DNA of 64,000 nt from Candidatus Pacearchaeota archaeon (lineage in GTDB: Archaea; Nanobdellota; Nanobdellia; Pacearchaeales; GW2011-AR1). The stretch is taken from contig JAGVXI010000012.1 of the NCBI GenBank assembly GCA_018303855.1, positions 2,403-66,402 on the forward strand. Reading direction: 5' to 3'. A model generated the notes under the pieces. It was not told where the DNA came from, ran no database searches, and worked only from the letters and a program-made list of their open reading frames with translations. This document shows, one piece after another, positions 9,995-20,207 of the stretch. Each line of letters opens with the position of its first letter. The first letter of the stretch is position 1. The translations under genes and the position numbers were made by a program.

Positions 9995-10417
9995 TCATTC
10001 TCTAATCATGCTCACTTTTAAAATCCCTGTATAATTTCCAATTTCAGCATTTTTTGGTATGTCTATGGTAAGATTTAGTGTTTTATTCTGCATAGAAAGG
10101 ATATTAAAGTTATTTTCTGAAATTACTGCAAAATCTTTTATGTTCCCATTAATTGCTATTGCAACTTTAACATCAAAATCAAACGGGTTTAATATTGTTA
10201 AGTCTTTTGTTAATTTATTGCCTGGCATTCCTGCGCCAAAATTTAGATCAGGGTCTGTATTAATGCCAAGATAATCTGAAACCTTGACATTTAAAGGCAT
10301 TTCCTGCATATGAACAATTTTTGTTTTGCCGGCATTAGAGATTATGATAATTGAGGTAAATGAAGCTATTGCTGTTAAGATTATAATAAGAATAATGACT
10401 TTTTGTTGCTTGTTCAT
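9995..10417 (-). CDS. membrane-anchored secreted hypothetical protein
   Basis: N-terminal signal/anchor helix, then N/I-rich extracellular domain. Confidence 0.5.
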   Translation of the reverse strand: MNKQQKVIILIIILTAIASFTSIIIISNAGKTKIVHMQEMPLNVKVSDYLGINTDPDLNFGAGMPGNKLTKDLTILNPFDFDVKVAIAINGNIKDFAVISENNFNILSMQNKTLNLTIDIPKNAEIGNYTGILKVSMIRE

Positions 10418-10424
10418 TTTTTAA

Positions 10425-11396
10425 TTATAAGCCCTGCTGAAATTGCTGAAATTGCTGTGCTTGTGGTTGTTGAAATTCTGGTTGTTCTTGAATCGGAAAC
10501 TCTTGGGCATCATTTTTTTTCTTTTTTTCCCTCAACAAAAAAATAAGAAATAAAATCAGTAAAATTATAAATATTACAATGGTTACCCAAAACCAAGCAC
10601 TTCCAATGATTCCCTGTTTTTCAAGAACCTCCATTGTTGTTTGAGCTGTAACTGTCCTTGAATCATAAAAAACTTCAACCAAGATATTTAAAACTCCAGG
10701 AACTATCTTTTTTGTATTAAAACTGGTTTTTAATGAGCCTTGCTCCTGTGGTTCAAGATTAATCTCATTTGTTTTAAGCATTTCAATTTGTTCTTTTCCG
10801 CGAGAAACATTAACTTCTGCATAAATTCCGCTAAGAGCTGTATCTGACTTACTCTTAATATTTGCAGTAATCATTGCTTCTTCTCCTTGAATAACATTAG
10901 GGGCTTCAATATTTATGATTTCAAGCCTTTTTATTTTTGCAAATTTATCAGAGGCATATTCTGGCGCAACATTAATGAAAACTCTTATTTCATTGCCTGC
11001 AATTACCTGTATCCCTTCATCTCCTGAAGAAATTGCAGGCCTTGCGCCGATTCTTAACTCATGTTTTCCGGCTGTTGAAAAACCTGCTGGGAAATTAATA
11101 ATAATATTAGAAGTTTTTGAGGTTTCATCCTGGCTAAAAGAAAGTTGTTTTGTGCCTATTTCCACTATGTTCTCAAACTCAGGAATAATGTTCTTATCTA
11201 ACTGATTATAGTTGACATAAACTTCTGCATTTTGGTCTTTTGCGGGCATGTTATATATCTGCATATCAAAGTTAACTTTGGCATTTGGTTGAAAATCAAA
11301 TTCAATAATCCCAGGCGAAACTCCCAAAGCAGAGATTAAATTGCTTACTAAAATTGCAAATAGTAATAAAAACAGGATTAAGGTATGTTTTCCCAT
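10425..11396 (-). CDS. type I membrane surface protein with Q/F/P-rich cytoplasmic tail
   Basis: Signal peptide, ~260-aa ectodomain, C-terminal TM helix, tail QEFPIQEQPEFQQPQAQQFQQFQQGL. Confidence 0.55.
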   Translation of the reverse strand: MGKHTLILFLLLFAILVSNLISALGVSPGIIEFDFQPNAKVNFDMQIYNMPAKDQNAEVYVNYNQLDKNIIPEFENIVEIGTKQLSFSQDETSKTSNIIINFPAGFSTAGKHELRIGARPAISSGDEGIQVIAGNEIRVFINVAPEYASDKFAKIKRLEIINIEAPNVIQGEEAMITANIKSKSDTALSGIYAEVNVSRGKEQIEMLKTNEINLEPQEQGSLKTSFNTKKIVPGVLNILVEVFYDSRTVTAQTTMEVLEKQGIIGSAWFWVTIVIFIILLILFLIFLLREKKKKNDAQEFPIQEQPEFQQPQAQQFQQFQQGL

Positions 11397-11681
11397 ATAA
11401 AGTCTAGAAATTTTTAATATATTAACTTTTCCTTGTCAAATTGCAGCAGTTATTTGCTCACAAATTATAACAAAGGACGCTTTTGTTTACCAGCATTTTG
11501 CGCTTTTGCTAGATAGCAAACTACAAAGAAAGTAGAGGAAAATTAAAGTTGTTTATTATAATTATAAAAAGTGGGTTCGCATAGTTTAATAGGTTAATTT
11601 ACATTGGGTATTATTTATCTCCTCAATTAAAAATTAAATGAATCTATTAGAATCGATATAGATTATATCTGCTAAATAAAA

Positions 11682-12401
11682 TTATATTAAAACAGATTGT
11701 GTTCCTGTCACAACAACAATAGTAGATTTTGGAGTTGTTGTCTCTTCTGTTGCAGCTTTAATAGCTATATGCATCTGTACTTCATCCGTATTATCGTCAG
11801 GGAATAAAGCTCCGACATCTGCTAAGGAATTTGTTGCTTGAAGGTCACATTTTGATGTACTAATGCATCCATATCCCTCATTTATGTAGTTAAATCCTAT
11901 ACTATAACATTCTCCACTTTGAGAAAGCGTACAGTCATCAAACTGCACTAAAACTCCTTCATTTTGGTAGTTTGTAGGATTTTCAAACCAGTATTTAACA
12001 TAACTTGAAGGACTTGAGAATAAAGATGTTCCAGAATAGCTAACACTTAAATCGGAAGTAACACTTCCATCATTTCTTATTAAGAATGGTCTTGGCGGAG
12101 GAGGTGCTCCTCCAGCAGCATCATTTGTAGTGCTTGTTGTGTACTCAACTGTTCTTACGACATTGCTAAAAGCAACAGTATCAGAAACATCTGCTTTAAC
12201 ACTGCTGTCAACAATTATAATATTAATTAAATCTCCTGCAAGCGCAACATTTAATGTTCCTTCTTGTGCTGGGCCAAATAATGCCTGACGCTGTAAAGAA
12301 ATTGTCAAGTAACTGACAGCACCTGCAACTATTATAACCAAAATCAAACTCAAAATAATAAAATTTTTTTTCTTCATTTTAACTTTCTTTTGCGAAATCA
12401 A
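11682..12401 (-). CDS. secreted/anchored hypothetical protein (T/S-rich, PPPPRP motif)
   Basis: N-terminal TM/signal, low-complexity T/S-rich exodomain with paired Cys. Confidence 0.5.
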   Translation of the reverse strand: MISQKKVKMKKKNFIILSLILVIIVAGAVSYLTISLQRQALFGPAQEGTLNVALAGDLINIIIVDSSVKADVSDTVAFSNVVRTVEYTTSTTNDAAGGAPPPPRPFLIRNDGSVTSDLSVSYSGTSLFSSPSSYVKYWFENPTNYQNEGVLVQFDDCTLSQSGECYSIGFNYINEGYGCISTSKCDLQATNSLADVGALFPDDNTDEVQMHIAIKAATEETTTPKSTIVVVTGTQSVLI

Positions 12402-12594
12402 CTTTTATATCTCCAAACTCATCTCCGCCACCATTCATCCTAACAACAATCTGACCTGTGTCCAGGGATTTTTGGTTAATTGCAGGCTGAGAAATATTAA
12501 CAACTAACAGGCTGATAATAACTGACAAAATAAAAGCGATAATCAAAATTGCAACTACTTCTCTATTGCTTATTTCTTCCCTGCTCTTTTTCAT
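12379..12594 (-). CDS. small membrane protein (71 aa)
   Basis: Single TM helix; overlaps the downstream gene start by 23 nt. Confidence 0.3.
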   Translation of the reverse strand: MKKSREEISNREVVAILIIAFILSVIISLLVVNISQPAINQKSLDTGQIVVRMNGGGDEFGDIKVDFAKES

Positions 12595-12742
12595 AGTAAA
12601 ATTGAGTAAAGGGCATTTAAATATCTTTCGCGTTTTGCGGTTTTAATTAATAAAATAATAGCTTATATATTAAATTGGTATTTACTATATGAAAAAGCTT
12701 TTTTATCACTTATTAGCTTAGCAACATCAGCGTTTTTTATAC

Positions 12743-13180
12743 CTAACATTTCACAACCATTTTTGCATTAAGAATACAGTCATTAATTTTTAAAATAGCT
12801 TCTTTAAACTCCCAGTTCTCAGCAGATGTAGTGCTAAAAAAATAAGTTTTTTTGCTGTTTGGTTTAAGGATAACGCAGTTTCCGCAATTATCAGAGCAAA
12901 ACCACTCTTCTCCCCCAATTATAAATTCAATATCTTCAAAATAATAGTTGTCAAGACTTCTTCCCAGTGTAACTTCAAACTCTTCTGTTTCCAAATTGTA
13001 ACACGCATATTCTATTTTTATTGGTGTGTTTATCTGTATATCCAAGCAATCAAATTTTGGAGCTAAAGCTGGCTCATTTATTATACTGTTAACCACCACC
13101 CAAACCAAAGAGATTGCAACTAAACTGATTAATATTGTAATCACTGTTGCAATGACTTCTGAAATTCCTTTCTTGTTCAT
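12743..13180 (-). CDS. archaeal pilin-like protein (class III signal peptide)
   Basis: MNKKG|ISEVIATVITILISLVAISLVWVV resembles the archaeal type IV pilin N-terminal domain (prepilin peptidase site after KKG). Start taken at the second Met to avoid overlap with the upstream gene. Confidence 0.5.
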   Translation of the reverse strand: MNKKGISEVIATVITILISLVAISLVWVVVNSIINEPALAPKFDCLDIQINTPIKIEYACYNLETEEFEVTLGRSLDNYYFEDIEFIIGGEEWFCSDNCGNCVILKPNSKKTYFFSTTSAENWEFKEAILKINDCILNAKMVVKC

Positions 13181-13191
13181 TTTATCATTTA

Positions 13192-14307
13192 TTATTTTAA
13201 TTTTTTGCATGGTTTATTATCTATACCCTCTAAATTTATTTCTGTTATTACTTCTCCATCCGAAAGAATTTCAAAAGATTTTGAATCTTCAACTACAGGT
13301 GCTTTTAGCAAAAATTCTCCTTCATTTATCAAGACATCACCAATAATCTCCCCACTTTCAGAATCAATATCTGTAAAAATAAATTCTGGGTTAAATTCTC
13401 CGTCTATAGCAGCAGAACCATCTGTTTTAATTAGTGCATAATTAAAATCCCCAATACCGTTTTTTCCAACACATCCTTTTTCAATATTCTTATTTTTAAT
13501 TTTAATCTCTCCATCACTATGCTCCCCCTCAATTAAATAATACTCTTTGTTCTTACAATTCTTAACGCTTTCTATCACAAATCCAGTTATGCTCTGTTTT
13601 CCCTCCTCTATTTTATCCAAAATTAGTCTTTCATTAAACAAGCCATAATCATTTGAAAGCAGACTTTTCATAATTCCACTGTTAACAGACCTAAAATAGT
13701 TTTCCTTAGAACAACCTTCAAAACATCCGTCTTTTTTATCAGAAAATTTTTCGCATGATGCAACACAATTCCTGGCTTTTCTTGGAAGTTTTGCAGGTAC
13801 ATACTCATCAGCAAGATATGCAAAATTATGCCCAAACTCATGGGCAATTATTGTTTTTTGGTTTTGTGAGTTAATGCTTAGAACATTCATGTATGAAGAG
13901 CTTCTGACATTTGCATTTTCATTATTAATAACAATTATATGGTCATTCGGGCATGATGAAGATTTTTTAACAAGTTCCTTTGAATAGCAGAACAAAGCAA
14001 TGCCTTTGTATATCTCGCATTCTGGCTTGTAAGTATCAATATAGTAAAAATTAAAAAAATCCCTGTTATCGCTAAACGGCTTTATATTAAATAAAATCTC
14101 TGAATATTCTTTTGCAGTATTTTTATTGCTAAAAAAAAGAATATTCACGGCCCCCTCGCCTTCATAACTGAGTGTTTTACATTCCTCAAGTATCGTAGCC
14201 CCAGAACCAGGACTTAATAATTTATTAGGATTTAGTATGATAAAGATTATTAATATGAGGATTATAGCAGATAAGATTGCTCCAGCATAAATAAAAGCTC
14301 TTTTCAT
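13192..14307 (-). CDS. secreted zinc metallopeptidase, M64 (IgA-peptidase)-like
   Basis: Signal peptide; HEFGHNFAYLADEY (HExxH followed by ADEY, as in M64 peptidases). Confidence 0.6.
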   Translation of the reverse strand: MKRAFIYAGAILSAIILILIIFIILNPNKLLSPGSGATILEECKTLSYEGEGAVNILFFSNKNTAKEYSEILFNIKPFSDNRDFFNFYYIDTYKPECEIYKGIALFCYSKELVKKSSSCPNDHIIVINNENANVRSSSYMNVLSINSQNQKTIIAHEFGHNFAYLADEYVPAKLPRKARNCVASCEKFSDKKDGCFEGCSKENYFRSVNSGIMKSLLSNDYGLFNERLILDKIEEGKQSITGFVIESVKNCKNKEYYLIEGEHSDGEIKIKNKNIEKGCVGKNGIGDFNYALIKTDGSAAIDGEFNPEFIFTDIDSESGEIIGDVLINEGEFLLKAPVVEDSKSFEILSDGEVITEINLEGIDNKPCKKLK

Positions 14308-14550
14308 GGTTTAATTAAAGAAAAAGAATTATAAAAACCTTTTTAACACGTTGGTTATTTAACTGATATTAGTTATTATTAAAATATTAAGGTTGGCGGA
14401 TAAATTTAGTTAATTACAAAATCTTATTATTCTAAACTTGTTCTGTTAGGCTTCCTCCTAGTGTGGTTTACCAACGAAAAACTTAACGAAGTCTGTTTTA
14501 AGTAATTAATAGGTGAGCGAAGCGAATGTAGTTAATTAATCATCAAAAAC

Positions 14551-14928
14551 TCATTCAGTTTCTCCGGGTTCTTCTTCTGCAACTTCCTCAACTTCGTCTT
14601 CTGGCTGTGCCAATTCCATAATCTCTCCCTCTTTTGCAATGTCTTCTTCTTCTTTTTGCTCCAGCTCTTTCTTTTTTTCATCACTGATCTTTTTGTCAGC
14701 AACTTTCTTAAGCTCTTCTTCTATTTTTTTAGGAAACGGCTTTTTGATTGAAATTGGCAATACTCCTGACTCAAGCTCAATTTCAGCGATTTTAATAGGA
14801 TTATACTTTATCTTTTCCAAATCTTCTGGGGTTATTTTAATTAGAAGAGGCGCGTTCATTGATATCTGCAAAGCTCTTGCTCCAAGAATTCTTGCGGTTT
14901 CGTACTTAGAAAAATCTTGTAAATTCAT
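14551..14928 (-). CDS. rpoK: DNA-directed RNA polymerase subunit K (Rpo6/omega-like) with K/E-rich acidic C-terminal tail
   Basis: SKYETARILGARALQISMNAPLLI matches the RpoK/Rpb6 core. Confidence 0.8.
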   Translation of the reverse strand: MNLQDFSKYETARILGARALQISMNAPLLIKITPEDLEKIKYNPIKIAEIELESGVLPISIKKPFPKKIEEELKKVADKKISDEKKKELEQKEEEDIAKEGEIMELAQPEDEVEEVAEEEPGETE

Positions 14929-15199
14929 TTTTATTGTTTTTTGATGAAATTGTTAAGCCTTATTATAAACTTGCTGTTATTAGTTATAACATTAAAACTT
15001 TTTAACCTTCTTAACTGGTTTTTAGTCTTATAATCGTATTTTATTCCTTCTGCCATTTTATTATAGTTATTGATTATCAATATAATATAATTTATACACA
15101 TAGTTTTTTGTTTAAATTATCAGTCCATGGATTTTTTAGTATTCTTTATGCCTGTTTTGAACGTTATTTTTAATTAATTATCGCTTACTAAAAAGTTTT

Positions 15200-16000
15200 T
15201 TACTTTAAAAACTTTTCAAGTTTGGGCCAAATTTTTTTATACGCTTTTTCAGCAATCTCAAATATTTGCCAAACTTCTTCTATGTTTAATTCTTTGCTGT
15301 TTCCTTTTTGCATAGATGAAAATAACGGGCCTTCACTTAATCCCATTGTCAGCCTGGTTTCAGATGCATCTTCTTCTTCTTTTGAAGGGTCAATAATTAA
15401 ACTGTTATCTATCTTGTGGACTGTTATAGACAAAGGAATTGTTTTATTTAATGGCAATGGCTCTTTTGTCAGTTCTCCAAACTCAACCTTCTCAGTTTTT
15501 TCATTATACTTAGGCATTTTCGCATTTTTCAATGCTGCTAAAGCTCCAATGCCAGCAGCATCCAGCAAATTTCCGTCGTCATTTATTGAATAAATATCAA
15601 TGAAAACTGTCCAAACTTTTTCTCCTTCTTTGATGCATAATTTGCTGAAGTCAATAAATTTGCTTTCTCTTATTCCCCTGTCAATCACTCTTGCAAGTTC
15701 AATTGCTGCAATTGTTGGAGGCCCAAGCTCAAACCTGTCAGAACTTAACGGCAATAATTCAGTAGTCACCATCATATTTCCCTCATCCTGCGAGTCAGGG
15801 TAAGGTTCGCCAACATCTAATTTTACGCCAACCATAACCTCTGTTTTGCCTATTTTAACTCTCGCGCTTCCTTCTGCTTTTTTTGAAATTCCAGTTTCTA
15901 TTTTTATATCCCTGTATTCATCAAGCCCACGCTCATCAAACCTTTTGCCTTGCTCAAGATATTCTTTTATTCTCTCTATTGTTAATATTGAAGTTTTCAT
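15200..16000 (-). CDS. rrp42: exosome complex component Rrp42 (RNase PH-like, non-catalytic)
   Basis: RNase PH fold sequence; follows rrp41 in the conserved rrp4-rrp41-rrp42 order. Confidence 0.85.
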   Translation of the reverse strand: MKTSILTIERIKEYLEQGKRFDERGLDEYRDIKIETGISKKAEGSARVKIGKTEVMVGVKLDVGEPYPDSQDEGNMMVTTELLPLSSDRFELGPPTIAAIELARVIDRGIRESKFIDFSKLCIKEGEKVWTVFIDIYSINDDGNLLDAAGIGALAALKNAKMPKYNEKTEKVEFGELTKEPLPLNKTIPLSITVHKIDNSLIIDPSKEEEDASETRLTMGLSEGPLFSSMQKGNSKELNIEEVWQIFEIAEKAYKKIWPKLEKFLK

Positions 16001-16179
16001 TTTGTTTTTTTATCTGATTTAAGTTTAATTCTTCTTTCTAATTTTGATGGCATTATACTATCTTCATCTACTCCTGTTGGTTTTGGATAATTATCTATGA
16101 AAGGATATGGTTTTCCTAAAAATCTGTCCTGATTATACCACTCACTCCAAATCGTGTTTACCATCTTATTGCTCCTCAT
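15997..16179 (-). CDS. small hypothetical protein (55-60 aa) inserted between rrp41 and rrp42
   Basis: W/Y/P-rich ORF; overlaps rrp42 start by 4 nt (ATGA); internal Met sits 1 nt after the rrp41 stop. Confidence 0.4.
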   Translation of the reverse strand: MRSNKMVNTIWSEWYNQDRFLGKPYPFIDNYPKPTGVDEDSIMPSKLERRIKLKSDKKTK

Positions 16180-16885
16180 TTATGCTTTCTTTTAAAGCTT
16201 TTTTCTGAACTTCATAAACTTGTTTAATTGCTTTTCTTGCCAACTCCATTGCTTCTTTATACTGCTTTGGAGTTATGTTCCCATCAAGCTGCATTAATGT
16301 TAATTTATCCTGTGTTGATAAAAATGCAAAAGGCATATCAGTTGCACCTTCTCCTTCTTCCCAGTCTTCTTCATCTTTGTTAACATCTACCACTAGTTGC
16401 TTGTCAAGTTTTCCGATTGATACGCTTGATACTAAGTCTTTCATTGGCACACCAGCATGAGCTAATGCAATGGCAGCAGCATTTATTCCAGCACATCTGG
16501 TTGAAGCATCTGCTTGAATTATGCTTATATGGACGTCAACTACTGTGCTAGGAAATTGCTCAATCTTAAGAGCAGGCGCTAATGCCCATTCTGTAATTTT
16601 GCTTATTTCCTGACTTCTTCTTGACGGCCCTGGTCTAATTCTTTCTGTAACAGAAAAGCTCATCATATTATAAGTGCATCTTAATGTGCCTGTAGCAGGA
16701 TTTTGCGAATGCTGTGGGTGCATTTCTTTTGGACCATAGACTGCAGCTATTGCAATAGTGTCGCCAAATTGAAACATTGCACTTCCGTCGGCATTTGGAA
16801 CAACTCCAACTTTTGCGCTCATGGTTCTAATTTCATCAACTTTTCTTCCGTCTGGTCTTTTGAATGTTTTTTCTTTTGTTGTCAT
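16166..16885 (-). CDS. rrp41: exosome complex exonuclease Rrp41 (RNase PH catalytic subunit)
   Basis: FKRPDGRKVDEIR (RxDGR phosphate-binding motif), RNase PH domain. Confidence 0.9.
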   Translation of the reverse strand: MTTKEKTFKRPDGRKVDEIRTMSAKVGVVPNADGSAMFQFGDTIAIAAVYGPKEMHPQHSQNPATGTLRCTYNMMSFSVTERIRPGPSRRSQEISKITEWALAPALKIEQFPSTVVDVHISIIQADASTRCAGINAAAIALAHAGVPMKDLVSSVSIGKLDKQLVVDVNKDEEDWEEGEGATDMPFAFLSTQDKLTLMQLDGNITPKQYKEAMELARKAIKQVYEVQKKALKESINEEQ

Positions 16886-16887
16886 TT

Positions 16888-17112
16888 TTAATCTTTAACT
16901 TTAATGGTAAATTCTAATTGTTTATTTGGTCTTTTAAATTCTTTTATAATATTTTTAGCCACTCTTAATAATCCTTTTTGAGAAAGCTTTGCTGATTCTC
17001 CGCTCATTGTACTGCTTTCATAGTTAAATGCATACTTAGCTCTACCAACTATTATATCAAAGCGTCCACATTCATTCCCAACAGGCTCTATGAATATTTT
17101 ATATCTATTCAT
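16888..17112 (-). CDS. small hypothetical protein (74 aa) inserted between rrp4 and rrp41
   Basis: Overlaps rrp4 3' end by 8 nt; stop abuts rrp41 start codon. Confidence 0.4.
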   Translation of the reverse strand: MNRYKIFIEPVGNECGRFDIIVGRAKYAFNYESSTMSGESAKLSQKGLLRVAKNIIKEFKRPNKQLEFTIKVKD

Positions 17113-17794
17113 TTTTCTTTCCCCCTTTATTTTTTTTATTAAACCATTCCTGCAATTTTTCAGTTAAACCATTAATTGTTGCATTCTCTGTTACAAATAA
17201 AATGCCATTTTTAGCTAAAAGTTCGTCTTCAGTTGTATCGCCTTTTATCCATACATATCCATTTTGTCCAACTGTGATGTTGCATTTTGTTTCATCTTTA
17301 ATAACATTTATCATGCTTCCGCCTTTTCCAATTACTCTTGGCACTTTATTTGAGTTTATTTTTATAATCATGCCGTCATTTAATCTGCCTAACCCTCTTA
17401 GTTTTACGCTTAAATCTATTGATTTTCTTTTTACGCCCATAACTTTTGCTGCAACAATATCCCCAATTTTTATAAATTCTTCAAGTTCATCTGCATGCAC
17501 ATACTTTGGAAATTCGCTAACAGGTAAAAATGCATTTGATGGTGAGCCAATATCAAGTATCCATCCATTAAAGGTTACATTCACACACTCTCCGATAACC
17601 ACATTTCCTTTTCTTGCAGAATATGTTCCCGACAATGAAATAACCTTCACAAGCCTATTTTGTTCTTCTGCAAGCCCATATCTTATTGCAATAATATCAT
17701 TTCCCTGCCTTTCTGTTCCTTCACTCGGCAGATAATCCTCGCCACTGGCTATTACTTCTCCTGGAATTACTATTTTTCTTTCTTCTTCTATCAT
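17105..17794 (-). CDS. rrp4: exosome RNA-binding subunit Rrp4 (S1 + KH domains)
   Basis: N-terminal barrel, S1 domain, KH motif VIGKGGSMINVI; position between SBDS and rrp41. Confidence 0.85.
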   Translation of the reverse strand: MIEEERKIVIPGEVIASGEDYLPSEGTERQGNDIIAIRYGLAEEQNRLVKVISLSGTYSARKGNVVIGECVNVTFNGWILDIGSPSNAFLPVSEFPKYVHADELEEFIKIGDIVAAKVMGVKRKSIDLSVKLRGLGRLNDGMIIKINSNKVPRVIGKGGSMINVIKDETKCNITVGQNGYVWIKGDTTEDELLAKNGILFVTENATINGLTEKLQEWFNKKNKGGKKNE

Positions 17795-17796
17795 TT

Positions 17797-18471
17797 TTAA
17801 TTTCCCTTAATCTCTTCTGTCACAGCACTTCCGTGCGTGACGTTGTTTAATTTATCATAAAAGTCCATTATTAAACCTGCTGGTACTGAAACTACAATCT
17901 CCAGATCTCCATTGCTTAACCAATCTTCTTTTTCTTTATACTTGCTAGCAACTCCATATGCTTTTCCAGTGTGCATTGCAGGAATAATTATCTTTACTTT
18001 TTTTGTTTCAACTTTGATTGGGATAATCTTTGAAATAGCATCAATAATATCACTCATCTGCTCTTCAATAGGGGTGTTTTTTATATTAATATGTGCCTGT
18101 GTAATTGCAGATTTAATTCTTTCAGGAGTATGTGGACTACCTGTTTTAGGGTCAACAGCATTTTTAACAATCAATTCAATTATCTGCTTCAGTTTTTTTT
18201 CTCTTTCCTCATCCCTGTGTTCCTGTGTGAGTAAAACCTCCCCTTTTTTTACAATCTGCCCAGCAATTTCATAGGTGTCTGTTCCTCCAAAAGCTGTTTT
18301 AAGATCAGCATCAGAAGCTTTGAATCCTTTTTTATGATCAGAAAATATTTGATCTATTTCTAAAAAGTCTATCTGACTTGACTCTCCTTTTTTATACTTT
18401 AATGCCTTGTCAATGTCAACGATAATCTCAAAATTTTTACCTTTTTGTTTTAATCTTGCTGTTGTATTCAT
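17797..18471 (-). CDS. sdo1: SBDS (Shwachman-Bodian-Diamond) family ribosome maturation protein
   Basis: N-terminal TARLKQKGKNFEIIVDIDKALKYKKG...DFLEIDQIFSDHKKGFKASDADL matches the SBDS/FYSH domain; canonical position between psmA and rrp4. Confidence 0.8.
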   Translation of the reverse strand: MNTTARLKQKGKNFEIIVDIDKALKYKKGESSQIDFLEIDQIFSDHKKGFKASDADLKTAFGGTDTYEIAGQIVKKGEVLLTQEHRDEEREKKLKQIIELIVKNAVDPKTGSPHTPERIKSAITQAHINIKNTPIEEQMSDIIDAISKIIPIKVETKKVKIIIPAMHTGKAYGVASKYKEKEDWLSNGDLEIVVSVPAGLIMDFYDKLNNVTHGSAVTEEIKGN

Positions 18472-18540
18472 TTTCTACATTCCTTAGAGAAAATTAATGC
18501 TAAAAAATGTTTTACTTTTTTTATATTCATTTTGATAATT

Positions 18541-19266
18541 TTATTTTGAGTAATCTTTTAACTCCTCTCCTTCTATTCTTTTTAACTTTCCTTTGTCTTT
18601 GTCAATATAAACTAATTCAAATTTGTCAATCTCAAATTCTTTCCCTTTCAATTCCTTGAAAATAGATAAAGCAAGCTTTACTCCTTGTTTAATTGTTGAT
18701 TTTTGACTATATCTGTCCTTAAGTTTATCCTTAATAACTGAATCATTCTCGCCTATTGCGTTTGCAAGATACGAAGCATAATTTCCTGTAATGTCGCTTG
18801 TAAATAACTCTGGTTTTTTTCCATTTATTCCTGCCAAGAGAATTGAAACTCCGAACGGCCTAGCCCCTCCGTATTGTGTGAACTGCTGCTTGATATTTGA
18901 CAATTCCCTAATTATAACTTCTGGTTCAATTTCAGAATCATAAGTTACTCTATGCTGCTGCGCTAATAACTGGGCTTTTTCCATTAAAATTCTTCCGTCA
19001 GAAACAATTCCAGCAGAACTTGCGATTATATGTTCGTCAATTTCATAAATTTTGCTTGCTGACTTTGGAGCTATTAAAATATCATGTATTCGCTTATCAG
19101 CTAATATAAAAACTCCGTCACTGCAAACCATACCAATGCTTGAGTTTCCAAGCCTCACAGCTTTTTCCCCATATTCAACCTGTAAAAGTTTCCCTTCTGG
19201 AGAAAACATAGTTGCTGTTCTATCATAGCCCATTGCTTGATGCTGTACATCTACAGGCATTTCCAT
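18541..19266 (-). CDS. psmA: proteasome subunit alpha
   Basis: YDRTATMFSPEGKLLQVEYGEKAV (alpha-subunit N-terminal motif). Confidence 0.9.
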   Translation of the reverse strand: MEMPVDVQHQAMGYDRTATMFSPEGKLLQVEYGEKAVRLGNSSIGMVCSDGVFILADKRIHDILIAPKSASKIYEIDEHIIASSAGIVSDGRILMEKAQLLAQQHRVTYDSEIEPEVIIRELSNIKQQFTQYGGARPFGVSILLAGINGKKPELFTSDITGNYASYLANAIGENDSVIKDKLKDRYSQKSTIKQGVKLALSIFKELKGKEFEIDKFELVYIDKDKGKLKRIEGEELKDYSK

Positions 19267-19355
19267 TTTATTTGTATTTTGCTAGAAGTTTATAATAATA
19301 AACTCAAATTTACTTCTTTATCTCCTTCCTCAATTTTTACAAGAACTTATGGTTT

Positions 19356-19679
19356 TTAAATTTTTCCTAAGCTTTTTTTAACAACCCCAAGCCCCTTTAA
19401 ACTTCCACTTACTCTTTTAACTGTTATTTTTTCAGGCCAAATTGCCAAGCTTGCTCTGACTAAATCTATTGCCTCGCGGTTAACAGCAACAACAGCTTTA
19501 TTTTTTCCGACATCTAACTCAATAAACCCAGGCGAGGCTTTTTTCAAGCCAAGTATTCCACTAAACTCCAAAATAGCCTGCTCAATATTCCTGTCAAGGT
19601 TTTTTCCTTCAACCAGCAAGTATCTTTTATTTTCTCTCATGCTTGGTTTTAAGGGTTTTAATTTGTGGGGGTTTTTCAT
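19356..19679 (-). CDS. rnp2: RNase P protein component Pop5 (Rnp2)
   Basis: MRENKRYLLVEG... N-terminus; position upstream of psmA as in the archaeal exosome superoperon. Confidence 0.7.
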   Translation of the reverse strand: MKNPHKLKPLKPSMRENKRYLLVEGKNLDRNIEQAILEFSGILGLKKASPGFIELDVGKNKAVVAVNREAIDLVRASLAIWPEKITVKRVSGSLKGLGVVKKSLGKI

Positions 19680-19987
19680 GTTCTTTTTTGTTTAGTAAAA
19701 TATTTTTCAAAAAATTTATAACCGACGAGGATGCAGTATGGAACCAATAAGAAAAATAAATAGTCTTCTAAAGGGAGATAACCAATGAATATACCCAGTG
19801 TCTCTTTACCAGAGTAAGTCCAATGTCCATTATAAACAGCATAATTATCCCAAGCTGTACCTATAATGAATGTTAAGATGTACAATAAAATCATTTGTGT
19901 GCTACTTTTAAATATTTTAACTTTAGAAATCTTGTGAATTGCAAAAAATATAACAAAAAAGGCTATCTCAATTAATAGATATTCCAT
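19676..19987 (-). CDS. lycopene cyclase domain-containing small membrane protein
   Basis: GTAWDNYAVYNGHWTYSGKETLGIFIGYLPLEDYLFFLLVPY matches the ~100-aa lycopene cyclase domain signature; 3 TM. Confidence 0.55.
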   Translation of the reverse strand: MEYLLIEIAFFVIFFAIHKISKVKIFKSSTQMILLYILTFIIGTAWDNYAVYNGHWTYSGKETLGIFIGYLPLEDYLFFLLVPYCILVGYKFFEKYFTKQKRT

Positions 19988-20207
19988 AATATAAATAACA
20001 CAAAAAGGTTATTAAAGGTTATTGAAAGATATTTAAAGCAATGTTAATTTAGTAGAATATTAAAAAGAGGCAATGAATTAGAAATTTAAAAAGATAGTTT
20101 GAATAAAAATTAATAATAAAATTATTTAAAGTTGGTAATAATTTAAATATACTAAACGCAGATTATGAGATTAAATGAAAGTAGTAATATATAATAAAAA
20201 ATAAAAA

